DNA from: Gemmatimonadota bacterium
GTDB taxonomy: Bacteria; Gemmatimonadota; Gemmatimonadetes; Gemmatimonadales; GWC2-71-9
NCBI GenBank assembly: GCA_039586365.1
Contig: JBDHKN010000051.1
Coordinates: 1-34,656, forward strand
Direction: 5' to 3'
DNA: 34,656 bases
Shown here: piece by piece, positions 18,410 to 26,200 of the stretch
Layout of the letters: each line of letters begins with the position of its first letter
Position numbering within the stretch: the first letter of the stretch is position 1
Made by a program: the position numbers and the translations under genes
The notes under the pieces: generated by a model
Databases searched by the model: none
The model's input: only the letters and a program-made list of their open reading frames with translations
What the model was told of the DNA's origin: nothing

Positions 18410-19792
18410 ATGGCACGAACTCTCATCAAGGATGGCACCATAGTAACCGCAAGCGACACCTACGATGGCGATGTCTTGGTTGATGGTGAGTGGATTGCGG
18501 CGCTTGGTCCGGAACTCGAAGTGGAGGTAGACCGGGTAGTCGATGCGACCGGGAAATACGTGCTGCCGGGAGGTATCGACGTGCACACACATCTCGACAT
18601 GCCTCTGGACGGGATGTCCTCCTCTGATGATTTCACGAGCGGAACGATAGCGGCTGCCTTTGGTGGCACTACGGCGATCGTGGATTTTCCCACTCAGACG
18701 CGAGGTGAGTCATTACGTGGTGCCTTGGACACGTGGCTGGAAAAAGCGCAAGGAAAAGCTGCGATCGACTACGGATTCCACATGATCATCAGCGATTTCA
18801 ACGACCGGGTTGAGCAGGAGATGGACGAACTCATGCAAGAAGGGATCACCTCGTTCAAGCTCTTCATGGCGTATCCCGACCGCCTGATGCTCGATGACTC
18901 AGCGATATTCCGCGCCCTGTTGCGGACGGGAGAGAACGGCGGCCTGATAACCATACACGCCGAGAACGGTCAGGTTATTGACGTACTAGTACGTCGGGCT
19001 CTGGCTAAGGGGCTGACGGATCCAATATACCACGCGCTCACTCGACCGGTTCGTGCGGAAGCGGAAGCGGTGTACCGCGCGATTGCCATGGCGGAGATGG
19101 CGGAAGTGCCGATCTACATCGTGCATCTCTCATCGGCTGAGGCGCTCCAGGTGGTGGCGGCTGCACGGGACCGTGGTTTGCCGGTGCACGCCGAGACATG
19201 TCCCCAGTACCTGTGTCTGTCCGTCGACAGCTATGAGGAGCCAGGCTTCGGAGGTGCCAAGTACGTCATGAGCCCGCCGCTCAGGGAGCGTGACAAGCAA
19301 GTCGAGCTATGGCGAGGCCTCGCGCGAGGTGACATTCAGGTCGTGGCGACCGATCACTGCCCGTTCCGCATGGCCGACCAGAAGGAAATCGGCAGAGGGG
19401 ATTTCACAAAGATCCCCGGTGGTGCTCCAGGTATTGAAACGCGTTTGAGCTTGGTGTTCGATGCAGGCGTGCTTCAGAACAGGATATCGCTAAACCGGTT
19501 CGTCGACATCACGGCTACTAGTCCCGCCAAGATCTTCGGGCTTTGGCCCCAGCGCGGTGAGATCGCTCCGCGTTCGTACGCGGACATTGTGGTGTGGGAT
19601 CCAGACAAAGTTTTGACGCTGAACGTGGAATCACTCCATATGAGGGTGGACTACAGTCCGTATGAGGGACGCACTGTAACCGGGGTGCCGGAACTCGTCA
19701 TGGCAAGGGGCAGAGTCATCATCGAAGGGGATAGGTACCTGGGGAAACCGGGGGACGGTGAGTTCATCAAGCGGTCCGGAAGGACTACCTAG
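18410..19792 (+). CDS. hydA: Dihydropyrimidinase / D-hydantoinase (cyclic amidohydrolase; HyuA counterpart)
   Basis: AAAGGAAG RBS before ATG 18410; PGGIDVHTH, SFKLFMAY (carbamylated Lys), HAEN, VHLS, ETCPQY, KYVMSPPLR and TDHCPF motifs. Confidence 0.93.
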   Translation: MARTLIKDGTIVTASDTYDGDVLVDGEWIAALGPELEVEVDRVVDATGKYVLPGGIDVHTHLDMPLDGMSSSDDFTSGTIAAAFGGTTAIVDFPTQTRGESLRGALDTWLEKAQGKAAIDYGFHMIISDFNDRVEQEMDELMQEGITSFKLFMAYPDRLMLDDSAIFRALLRTGENGGLITIHAENGQVIDVLVRRALAKGLTDPIYHALTRPVRAEAEAVYRAIAMAEMAEVPIYIVHLSSAEALQVVAAARDRGLPVHAETCPQYLCLSVDSYEEPGFGGAKYVMSPPLRERDKQVELWRGLARGDIQVVATDHCPFRMADQKEIGRGDFTKIPGGAPGIETRLSLVFDAGVLQNRISLNRFVDITATSPAKIFGLWPQRGEIAPRSYADIVVWDPDKVLTLNVESLHMRVDYSPYEGRTVTGVPELVMARGRVIIEGDRYLGKPGDGEFIKRSGRTT

Positions 19793-21042
19793 TCGGCCAA
19801 TTCGTGGCCATGTAGGTACTGGTCCACAGCCGTGATGGTTGCTGGAATCGGAGCTGGTTTATGCACCGATCGGGTCGCAGCAGGGATATCTTTGAGGCCC
19901 GTCCCCGTGACGAGCAGGACCACCAGTTCGTCCCGCCGGACTATGCCCTCATCCAGTGCAACCAGAAGTCCCGCCAGCGACGCTGCGCCAGCAGGTTCCG
20001 CGAACACGCCGGTCGTGCTAGCCAATAAACCGATCGCCTCGACAATAGCTTCGTCGCTTACCTTCACGCCGCCACCGTTCGATTCACGGATGCGCTGCAG
20101 GCACTGCAGGCCGTTACGTGGCATCTGAACGTTGAGGCTGTCTGCAATGCTAGTTGCCTCGGCCACCAAACTCGGTACGCTTGTTCCCTGTTCGATGGCC
20201 GTCACGATGGCGGCTGGGCGCTCCGGCTGCACCGCTATGAGGCGCGGTCGCCGATCGATGAGCCCCGCACGTGCGAGGTCTGCAAATCCCTTGGCCACTC
20301 CAGATATGATGACACCATCACCGGTCGGAACTAGAATCGCATCAGGGACACGCGGTGCCAGCTGCACCGCGACTTCCAGTGCAGCAGTCTTCTTGCCCTC
20401 GATTGTAAACGGGTTGATTGCGGTGTTGCGGTTGTACCAGCCGAACAGCTTACAGGCCTCGCAGCACAACTCGAACGCGTCGTCATAACTGCCGTCTACT
20501 ACTATCACTTCAGCACCGTAATTCAGCATCTGCACCAGCTTGGCTTCGGGAGTCGTACGCGGGACGAACGTTACCGCGCGGACGCCCGCTGCTGCCGCGA
20601 TTGCTGCCAGTGCCGTAGCCGCGTTGCCGGTGGAGGCGGCAGCGATGGTGTCACAACCATATTCCCTGGCCTTCGCTACCACCAAGAGTGACGCCCGGTC
20701 CTTGGTGGAGCCACTCGGGTTTCGGGTGTCGTCTTTGACCCACACTTGCGGCAAGCCGAGCCTGCGGCGCAGCTCGGGCACTGCCAGTAGCGGTGTCGCT
20801 CCGACCGGTATGGGTGCGAGTGAATCAGGCGACGTCAACGGGAGGAAAGCTGTGAGAAATGCCGCACTCGCGGGTGATGCCAGGGGCCAACGTGTAGGTA
20901 GCTCATCGAGAACGACCTCCAGTACCCCACGGGTAACGCCACCGGTTTCCTGTTGGCGAGCGCAGGAGGGACACTGCAGCCGCACTTCGTGTTCGCGGTA
21001 GCTCACCCCGCACTCCGTACATATGAAGCAGAATCCGCTCAT
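19789..21042 (-). CDS. Threonine-synthase-like fold-type-II PLP enzyme with N-terminal Zn-ribbon
   Basis: CTEC..CPSC, RNPSGSTKDR (PLP Lys), ASTGNAA, EGKKT, VPTGDG, FAEPAGA and TGTGLKD motifs. True ThrC function is uncertain given the context. Confidence 0.82.
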   Translation of the reverse strand: MSGFCFICTECGVSYREHEVRLQCPSCARQQETGGVTRGVLEVVLDELPTRWPLASPASAAFLTAFLPLTSPDSLAPIPVGATPLLAVPELRRRLGLPQVWVKDDTRNPSGSTKDRASLLVVAKAREYGCDTIAAASTGNAATALAAIAAAAGVRAVTFVPRTTPEAKLVQMLNYGAEVIVVDGSYDDAFELCCEACKLFGWYNRNTAINPFTIEGKKTAALEVAVQLAPRVPDAILVPTGDGVIISGVAKGFADLARAGLIDRRPRLIAVQPERPAAIVTAIEQGTSVPSLVAEATSIADSLNVQMPRNGLQCLQRIRESNGGGVKVSDEAIVEAIGLLASTTGVFAEPAGAASLAGLLVALDEGIVRRDELVVLLVTGTGLKDIPAATRSVHKPAPIPATITAVDQYLHGHELAD

Positions 21043-21066
21043 CGGGGAGGTCGATCTGAGGGCATG

Positions 21067-22041
21067 CTAAAGGGTCAAAGCCATGAGGGCTTTCTGGACG
21101 TGGAGTCGATTCTCGGCCTCGTCGTACACCACCGAGTGTGGACCGTCGATCACTGCGTCAGTCACTTCGCGACCGCGGTCGGCCGGAAGTGGGTGCATGT
21201 AGATGATGTGTTTCTTGCCGAGCTCTAGATGCCCGGTATCGCAACGCCAATTCGGGTATTGCTCGATGAGCTTCAGACCTTCTGGCACGTCCGTCGTTGT
21301 CATGAGCGGCCCCCACGACTTGGGAATCACAGCATCCGCGTCCGCGAACGCGTCCTCGAAGTGATGACTGATCTCGAATTTCACCCCCGCTGCCTCAGCG
21401 TTGGCTCTCGCCTGCCCCTCGACATTGGGCATCAGTCTGAATTCAGGCGGGTAGGCGAGCGTCACGTCGACTCCGAATCGCGGCATCATCAAGATCAGAC
21501 TCTGCGGTACCGATAGTGGTCGCACATAGTTGGGTGCGCTGGTCCACGCCACTCCAAGCTTGAGACCGCGAGTTTCTCCCAGCTTCTCCCTCATAGTCAT
21601 GTAGTCTGCCAGGATCTGACATGGATGATATACATCACACTGCATGCTGATTACGGGAATGTCAGCATGCTTCGCGACTTCGTTCAGATACGCGTTCCCC
21701 TCGCCGAATGCGCAGTGACGGATCGCAATTCCGTCACCGTAGCGCGATAGCACTTTTGCGGTGTCCTTGGCGTTCTCCCCGTGGCTGATCTGCATTCTGT
21801 CCGGTGTCAGGTAGACACCGTGGCCCCCAAGCTGCGTAATGCCCGTCTCGAACGAGTTGCGAGTCCGCGTCGAGGAATCAAAGAAGATCATGTACAGCGT
21901 CTTGGCTGGTAGCAACGGCATGGAACGCCCTGCTGCCTTGGCTTGTTTGAGTTCTGCTGCTAAGGAGAACAGGGTCTCCAGTTCGTCAACTGTCCAATCC
22001 TGAGTGCTCACGAAGTCACGTCCCTTGAGCGCTTGTTCCAT
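21067..22041 (-). CDS. ygeW: Carbamoyltransferase, YgeW-like (knotted AOTCase/YTCase group), short form
   Basis: STRT, HPCQ and HPLP carbamoyl-phosphate motifs; QISHGE, PLSVPQ and PKSW resemble YgeW rather than canonical OTCase; 3 bp downstream of ygeY. Confidence 0.75.
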   Translation of the reverse strand: MEQALKGRDFVSTQDWTVDELETLFSLAAELKQAKAAGRSMPLLPAKTLYMIFFDSSTRTRNSFETGITQLGGHGVYLTPDRMQISHGENAKDTAKVLSRYGDGIAIRHCAFGEGNAYLNEVAKHADIPVISMQCDVYHPCQILADYMTMREKLGETRGLKLGVAWTSAPNYVRPLSVPQSLILMMPRFGVDVTLAYPPEFRLMPNVEGQARANAEAAGVKFEISHHFEDAFADADAVIPKSWGPLMTTTDVPEGLKLIEQYPNWRCDTGHLELGKKHIIYMHPLPADRGREVTDAVIDGPHSVVYDEAENRLHVQKALMALTL

Positions 22042-22044
22042 CGG

Positions 22045-23283
22045 CTACTCCTTCAGCGGCAGTCTCTGGCCACCCGCAAGCTGGTCTCGCACTGGCATCA
22101 GGTATTCGGGGATCAAGCTGTAGACCGCAGTGGCTCGGACGAGGTCATCCACGAGAATCCACTCGTCCGTGGTGTGTGCCAGCTCCTCGCGCCCGGGCGC
22201 GAATCCGACTGTGGGGATCCCGAGCCGCCCCATGGTGGCCACTCCGTTCGTCGAAAACGACCAACGCGAGATCTCCGGTCGCGCACCGAGTATAGCCTCA
22301 GCCGCAGCGGCCACTCCCTGCACCAACGGATGCTGTTCCGGAACCACCCAAGTGGGGTAGAACTTCTCTTGCCTTGCTCGCTCTCCGCGCCAGCTCGTCG
22401 CGTCATAACACAGGAGCTCTACGACAGCGTCTCCCAGGTGAGGTAGAGCGCGCAACTCGGCCATCGCAGTCTCGACCGTCTCGCCCAATGTCAACCGACG
22501 ATCGAGGTAGATCCGGGCTCTGTCAGGTACTGCATTGAGCGATGGAGTCGTGCACTCTATGAACGACACGACAACCGAGCCCTTACCGAGAAACTCATCC
22601 TCGGGCAGGCGGCCGATGAGAGCCTCAACGTCTGAGATGATAGGAGCGATCTTGTAGAGGGCGTTGGTGCCTCGCTCACTGTGAGCCGCGTGGGACGAAA
22701 CGCCATGAGTCGTGATTGTGACTTCCACTCGTCCCCGCTGACCACGATACACGTTCAAATCGGTGGGTTCCCCTAGCACGACCACATGGGGTCTGATCCC
22801 CTCTTGCTCGATTAGATGCAGGAGACAGTAGCCGTCGCAGTCTTCCTCCATGACGGTAGCCGAGAGATAGACGGTCGCATCCCGAGGAAACCCCCGCTCC
22901 TTCAGGATCTTCAGCCCATATGCCATGCAGGCGATGGCTGGAAGCTCGTCCACTGCCCCACGGCCCCAGACCTTGCCGTCCTCGTGCTTACCTTCAAATG
23001 GGTCGTGCTTCCACGCTGCAAGATCGCCGACTCCGACGCAGTCGATGTGACCGTCTAGTAGGATCTTGCAGGGTCCCGTTCCCACCTTGGCCACTACATT
23101 GCCCAGGCGGTCGAAGAATACCTCATCGAATCCCAACTTCTCGTATTCCTGACGCACGCGCTCACACCGCTGCTCTTCGCGGCAGCTCTCTGCGGGAATC
23201 GCGATCATGTCGCGCAGGAAGCGCACTATTTCTGCTTCGTAGCGTCGTGCCGCAGCCAAGGCATCTTCATTCAGATCGGGCAT
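22045..23283 (-). CDS. ygeY: YgeY-family M20 metallohydrolase
   Basis: DGHIDCVG, GRGAVD, MEEDCDG, RGQRGR, FSTNGV and LAH motifs typical of YgeY. Confidence 0.88.
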   Translation of the reverse strand: MPDLNEDALAAARRYEAEIVRFLRDMIAIPAESCREEQRCERVRQEYEKLGFDEVFFDRLGNVVAKVGTGPCKILLDGHIDCVGVGDLAAWKHDPFEGKHEDGKVWGRGAVDELPAIACMAYGLKILKERGFPRDATVYLSATVMEEDCDGYCLLHLIEQEGIRPHVVVLGEPTDLNVYRGQRGRVEVTITTHGVSSHAAHSERGTNALYKIAPIISDVEALIGRLPEDEFLGKGSVVVSFIECTTPSLNAVPDRARIYLDRRLTLGETVETAMAELRALPHLGDAVVELLCYDATSWRGERARQEKFYPTWVVPEQHPLVQGVAAAAEAILGARPEISRWSFSTNGVATMGRLGIPTVGFAPGREELAHTTDEWILVDDLVRATAVYSLIPEYLMPVRDQLAGGQRLPLKE

Positions 23284-23299
23284 AGGGTCAGGTTCCCGC

Positions 23300-24790
23300 C
23301 TAGCTGTTCTGTCGGAGCCCGGAGGAATTCTCCCGCATTCGATCCAACACTCCGGTGTCTCGGTTGAAGTCTCGGATCTGAGTGTCCCATTCCGGCAACT
23401 GTGTCACCAGTCCTTCCCAGAAGGACGGGCTCCATAGCGCGTTGAGTTCCTCAACTGTCTTCCCCTGCTGCTCCACCCAGGTGAAGTACTTCAGATTGTG
23501 GATCGTCTTGCGGTCAACGAACCGCAGCTCTCTCATATGATCAGTCGCAGTTCCCAGGAGATACCGCTCGAAGTCGATGGCAGCGGCCCGTTCCGAGTAG
23601 CATCCCCGTTGTTCCGTCAGCTCGGCAAGGCGGGTCTGATACAATTCGACCGAGTCGGTCAAGGAGGTAAAGAGCACGTCGTTTTCGTCGAGTTCGTAGT
23701 ACTTGGCCGTCTTAATGGCGGCGAGGAGGTTGCAGATACTCGAGATACCTAGAAGCCCGAGGTTCATGATTACCGCATCTGGTACTCCGCATTGTGACAG
23801 GACAGAGTGGCCCTCCGGTTCATTGAACAATCGCAACAAGCGTATCGTGGCTTCGTCGTCGATGGCGGTGACGACGTCCGTAGTACGTACGTTGTGGATC
23901 CAGGGCACGTGCTTGTCTCCAATGCCTTCAATGCGGTGACCTCCGAAGCCAGCCCGCAATAGCGTGGGACACTGAAGTGCTTCGGCTGCAGTTGTCCTGA
24001 CGGTCGCAAATTGTTGCTTCAGGAAGTCACCGGCGGCGAGTGTGCCGGCTGATCCCGTGGCACCGACCCAGCCCGCCAGACGGTCGTGAGGTCCGGCGAT
24101 GCTCCGGAACGCTAATTCTGTGGCGGGCCCGGTGACGCCGTAGTGCCAAAGGTAGTTTCCGAACTCATCGAATTGGTTGAAGATCACCGCATCGGGACGG
24201 GTGCGGCGGATCTCCCAACATGCATCAAAGACCTCTTTCACATTGCTCTCGCAACCGGGTGTGGCAATGACTTCAGCCCCGATACTCTCTAACCAGGTGA
24301 ACCGCTCACGGCTCATCTCTTCAGGGAGAATTGCTACCGCCTGGCAGCCAAGTACGGCGCTGTCGAAGGCACCGCCCCGACAGTAGTTGCCGGTTGAAGG
24401 CCATACTGCCTGATGCCGTGTCGGATCGAACTCACCGCTAACCAGTCGTGGTACAAGACAACCGAACGCAGCACCGACCTTGTGGGCACCAGTAGGGAAG
24501 TATCGACCCACAAGCCCGAGTATACGGGCACGAACGCCGGTTAGCGCGCCGGGCAGTTCGACGAAATTGACGTCCCCGAAGCCACCAGTCTCGGGGTCGT
24601 TGCGCCAGGTTATTCGAAACAGATTGAGTGGGTCCACCGCGCTTGGATCTAGTTGAGAGAGGGCAGCCTTGACTGTGTCATCAATACTCTCAGGATCTCG
24701 CATCTCAGCGAAGGTGGGAATCAGGATGTTCTTTTCCCGGCACCTCTCAATTGCCCGCCGCCGGTTCTCGTCTCGCGTCATCATGGTCAA
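23300..24790 (-). CDS. Uncharacterised fold-type-II PLP-dependent enzyme (496 aa, cysteine-synthase-like superfamily)
   Basis: FPTGAHKVG (PLP Lys), WPSTGNYCRGG, TGSAGT and HRIEGIGDKHVPWIHN motifs; GAGGAG RBS before TTG 24790 (ATG 24784/24781 also possible). Confidence 0.82.
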   Translation of the reverse strand: MTMMTRDENRRRAIERCREKNILIPTFAEMRDPESIDDTVKAALSQLDPSAVDPLNLFRITWRNDPETGGFGDVNFVELPGALTGVRARILGLVGRYFPTGAHKVGAAFGCLVPRLVSGEFDPTRHQAVWPSTGNYCRGGAFDSAVLGCQAVAILPEEMSRERFTWLESIGAEVIATPGCESNVKEVFDACWEIRRTRPDAVIFNQFDEFGNYLWHYGVTGPATELAFRSIAGPHDRLAGWVGATGSAGTLAAGDFLKQQFATVRTTAAEALQCPTLLRAGFGGHRIEGIGDKHVPWIHNVRTTDVVTAIDDEATIRLLRLFNEPEGHSVLSQCGVPDAVIMNLGLLGISSICNLLAAIKTAKYYELDENDVLFTSLTDSVELYQTRLAELTEQRGCYSERAAAIDFERYLLGTATDHMRELRFVDRKTIHNLKYFTWVEQQGKTVEELNALWSPSFWEGLVTQLPEWDTQIRDFNRDTGVLDRMRENSSGLRQNS

Positions 24791-24838
24791 TCGAACGTCT
24801 CCTCAGTGCGCACGGTTCTCTAATCCGTTGTGTGCTGC

Positions 24839-26200
24839 TCAAGCGCCGATAAACCTGGTTCCCCAGGGCAGTTGCGAAAAACGCTGCCATAGCGCCGGTG
24901 CCAGCTCGCGGGCGTGAAGAGCCACAGCTTCTGGATCCATTGTGGTGTGGGCAAAATCCTCAAGCAAGAACTGGCCACGCGCGACTGTGTGGCGTACTGG
25001 TGTCTCGGCTGCGCCATATACCAAATGACTGAAGAGGTTCTCTTCTGATAACGGTGTGGGTGGTGAGGCATCCACGACGATCACATCGGCCGGCGCCCCC
25101 GGAACCAAGACACCCAGCTCCGGTTCGTCGTAGAAGCGGCGTGCTACCCTGACGTTGTTGCCCAAAAGGTGGGGAATGACCTCGCATCCGACGCCAGGGT
25201 TGCGCAGCGCCATGCGGTGAGCAAGAAATGCCGCACGTGCAGCTCTCAGCATTGAGGACGACATGCCGTCGGTACCGAGCCCGACCAGACAGCCGCGCGC
25301 ACCGACCTGTGCAGTATCGAGCTGACCGACACCGTTATTCGCGTTCGACTCGGGATTGTGGACCACCACAGCATCGTGTTGGGCTATCGTGTCGTAGTCC
25401 TCCGAATCCAAGTGGATCCCGTGAGCAAGCAGGCTACGGTGGTCCAACAGGCCGAAGTCATCGAGGCGCTCAATCGGTCCCTTACCAAAAGCCAATCTCG
25501 ATTCTTCGACATCGACTCGGTCCTCAGCCACGTGAACGTGACAGCCGCTTCCACTGGCACGTCGCTTCGCTACCTCCGCCAGGGTCGCTTCCCTCAGAGT
25601 GAAGCTCGCATGCAGTCCGAGTACTCCGCGCACACGAGGATGATCCCGGTGGTCGGCAATGAACTCGAGATTCTCGTCGATCCCGGCGAGAGCCTCGTCG
25701 TGTCCGTTTCGGTCGCTTACCTCGTAACACAACACTGTCGAGAGCCCGACTTGCTCGACGACCTCCGCGATGAGCGCCAGGCTTCCCGCACGACACGAGG
25801 GCGAGGAGTGGTGGTCGAAAACCGTCGTACAACCCCAGCGAATGCAATCGGCTGCGGATAGCTGCGCGGAGACGCTGATGGAGTCCCGATCGAGTGCGCG
25901 ATCAAGGCGCCACCACATCCGGTCGAGCACCTGTGTGAAATCACTGACATCGGTTCCGGGATTGAGCCCACGCGCCAGGGCCGAATAGAAGTGATGGTGC
26001 AGATTCACCAGTCCCGGCATGATGATACCCCCACGCGCATCGACCAAACGCGCAGCGGGGATCTCGCCACGTAGCTGTCCCTCAGGACCTACCGCCACGA
26101 TTCGGTCTCCTGTCCAGGCCACTGCTCCAGATGAGATGATCGTGGGGTCCACGAGACCGGTCACGACCGTGCCGTTGCAGAGTATCGTGGTCTCATTCAT
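24839..26200 (-). CDS. ssnA: SsnA-family amidohydrolase
   Basis: NLHHHFYSALARG, WWRLDRAL, FDHH, GLHASFT, HVHVAE, NPESNANN and GTDG motifs; overlaps the ygfK-like stop by 8 bp. Confidence 0.88.
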   Translation of the reverse strand: MNETTILCNGTVVTGLVDPTIISSGAVAWTGDRIVAVGPEGQLRGEIPAARLVDARGGIIMPGLVNLHHHFYSALARGLNPGTDVSDFTQVLDRMWWRLDRALDRDSISVSAQLSAADCIRWGCTTVFDHHSSPSCRAGSLALIAEVVEQVGLSTVLCYEVSDRNGHDEALAGIDENLEFIADHRDHPRVRGVLGLHASFTLREATLAEVAKRRASGSGCHVHVAEDRVDVEESRLAFGKGPIERLDDFGLLDHRSLLAHGIHLDSEDYDTIAQHDAVVVHNPESNANNGVGQLDTAQVGARGCLVGLGTDGMSSSMLRAARAAFLAHRMALRNPGVGCEVIPHLLGNNVRVARRFYDEPELGVLVPGAPADVIVVDASPPTPLSEENLFSHLVYGAAETPVRHTVARGQFLLEDFAHTTMDPEAVALHARELAPALWQRFSQLPWGTRFIGA

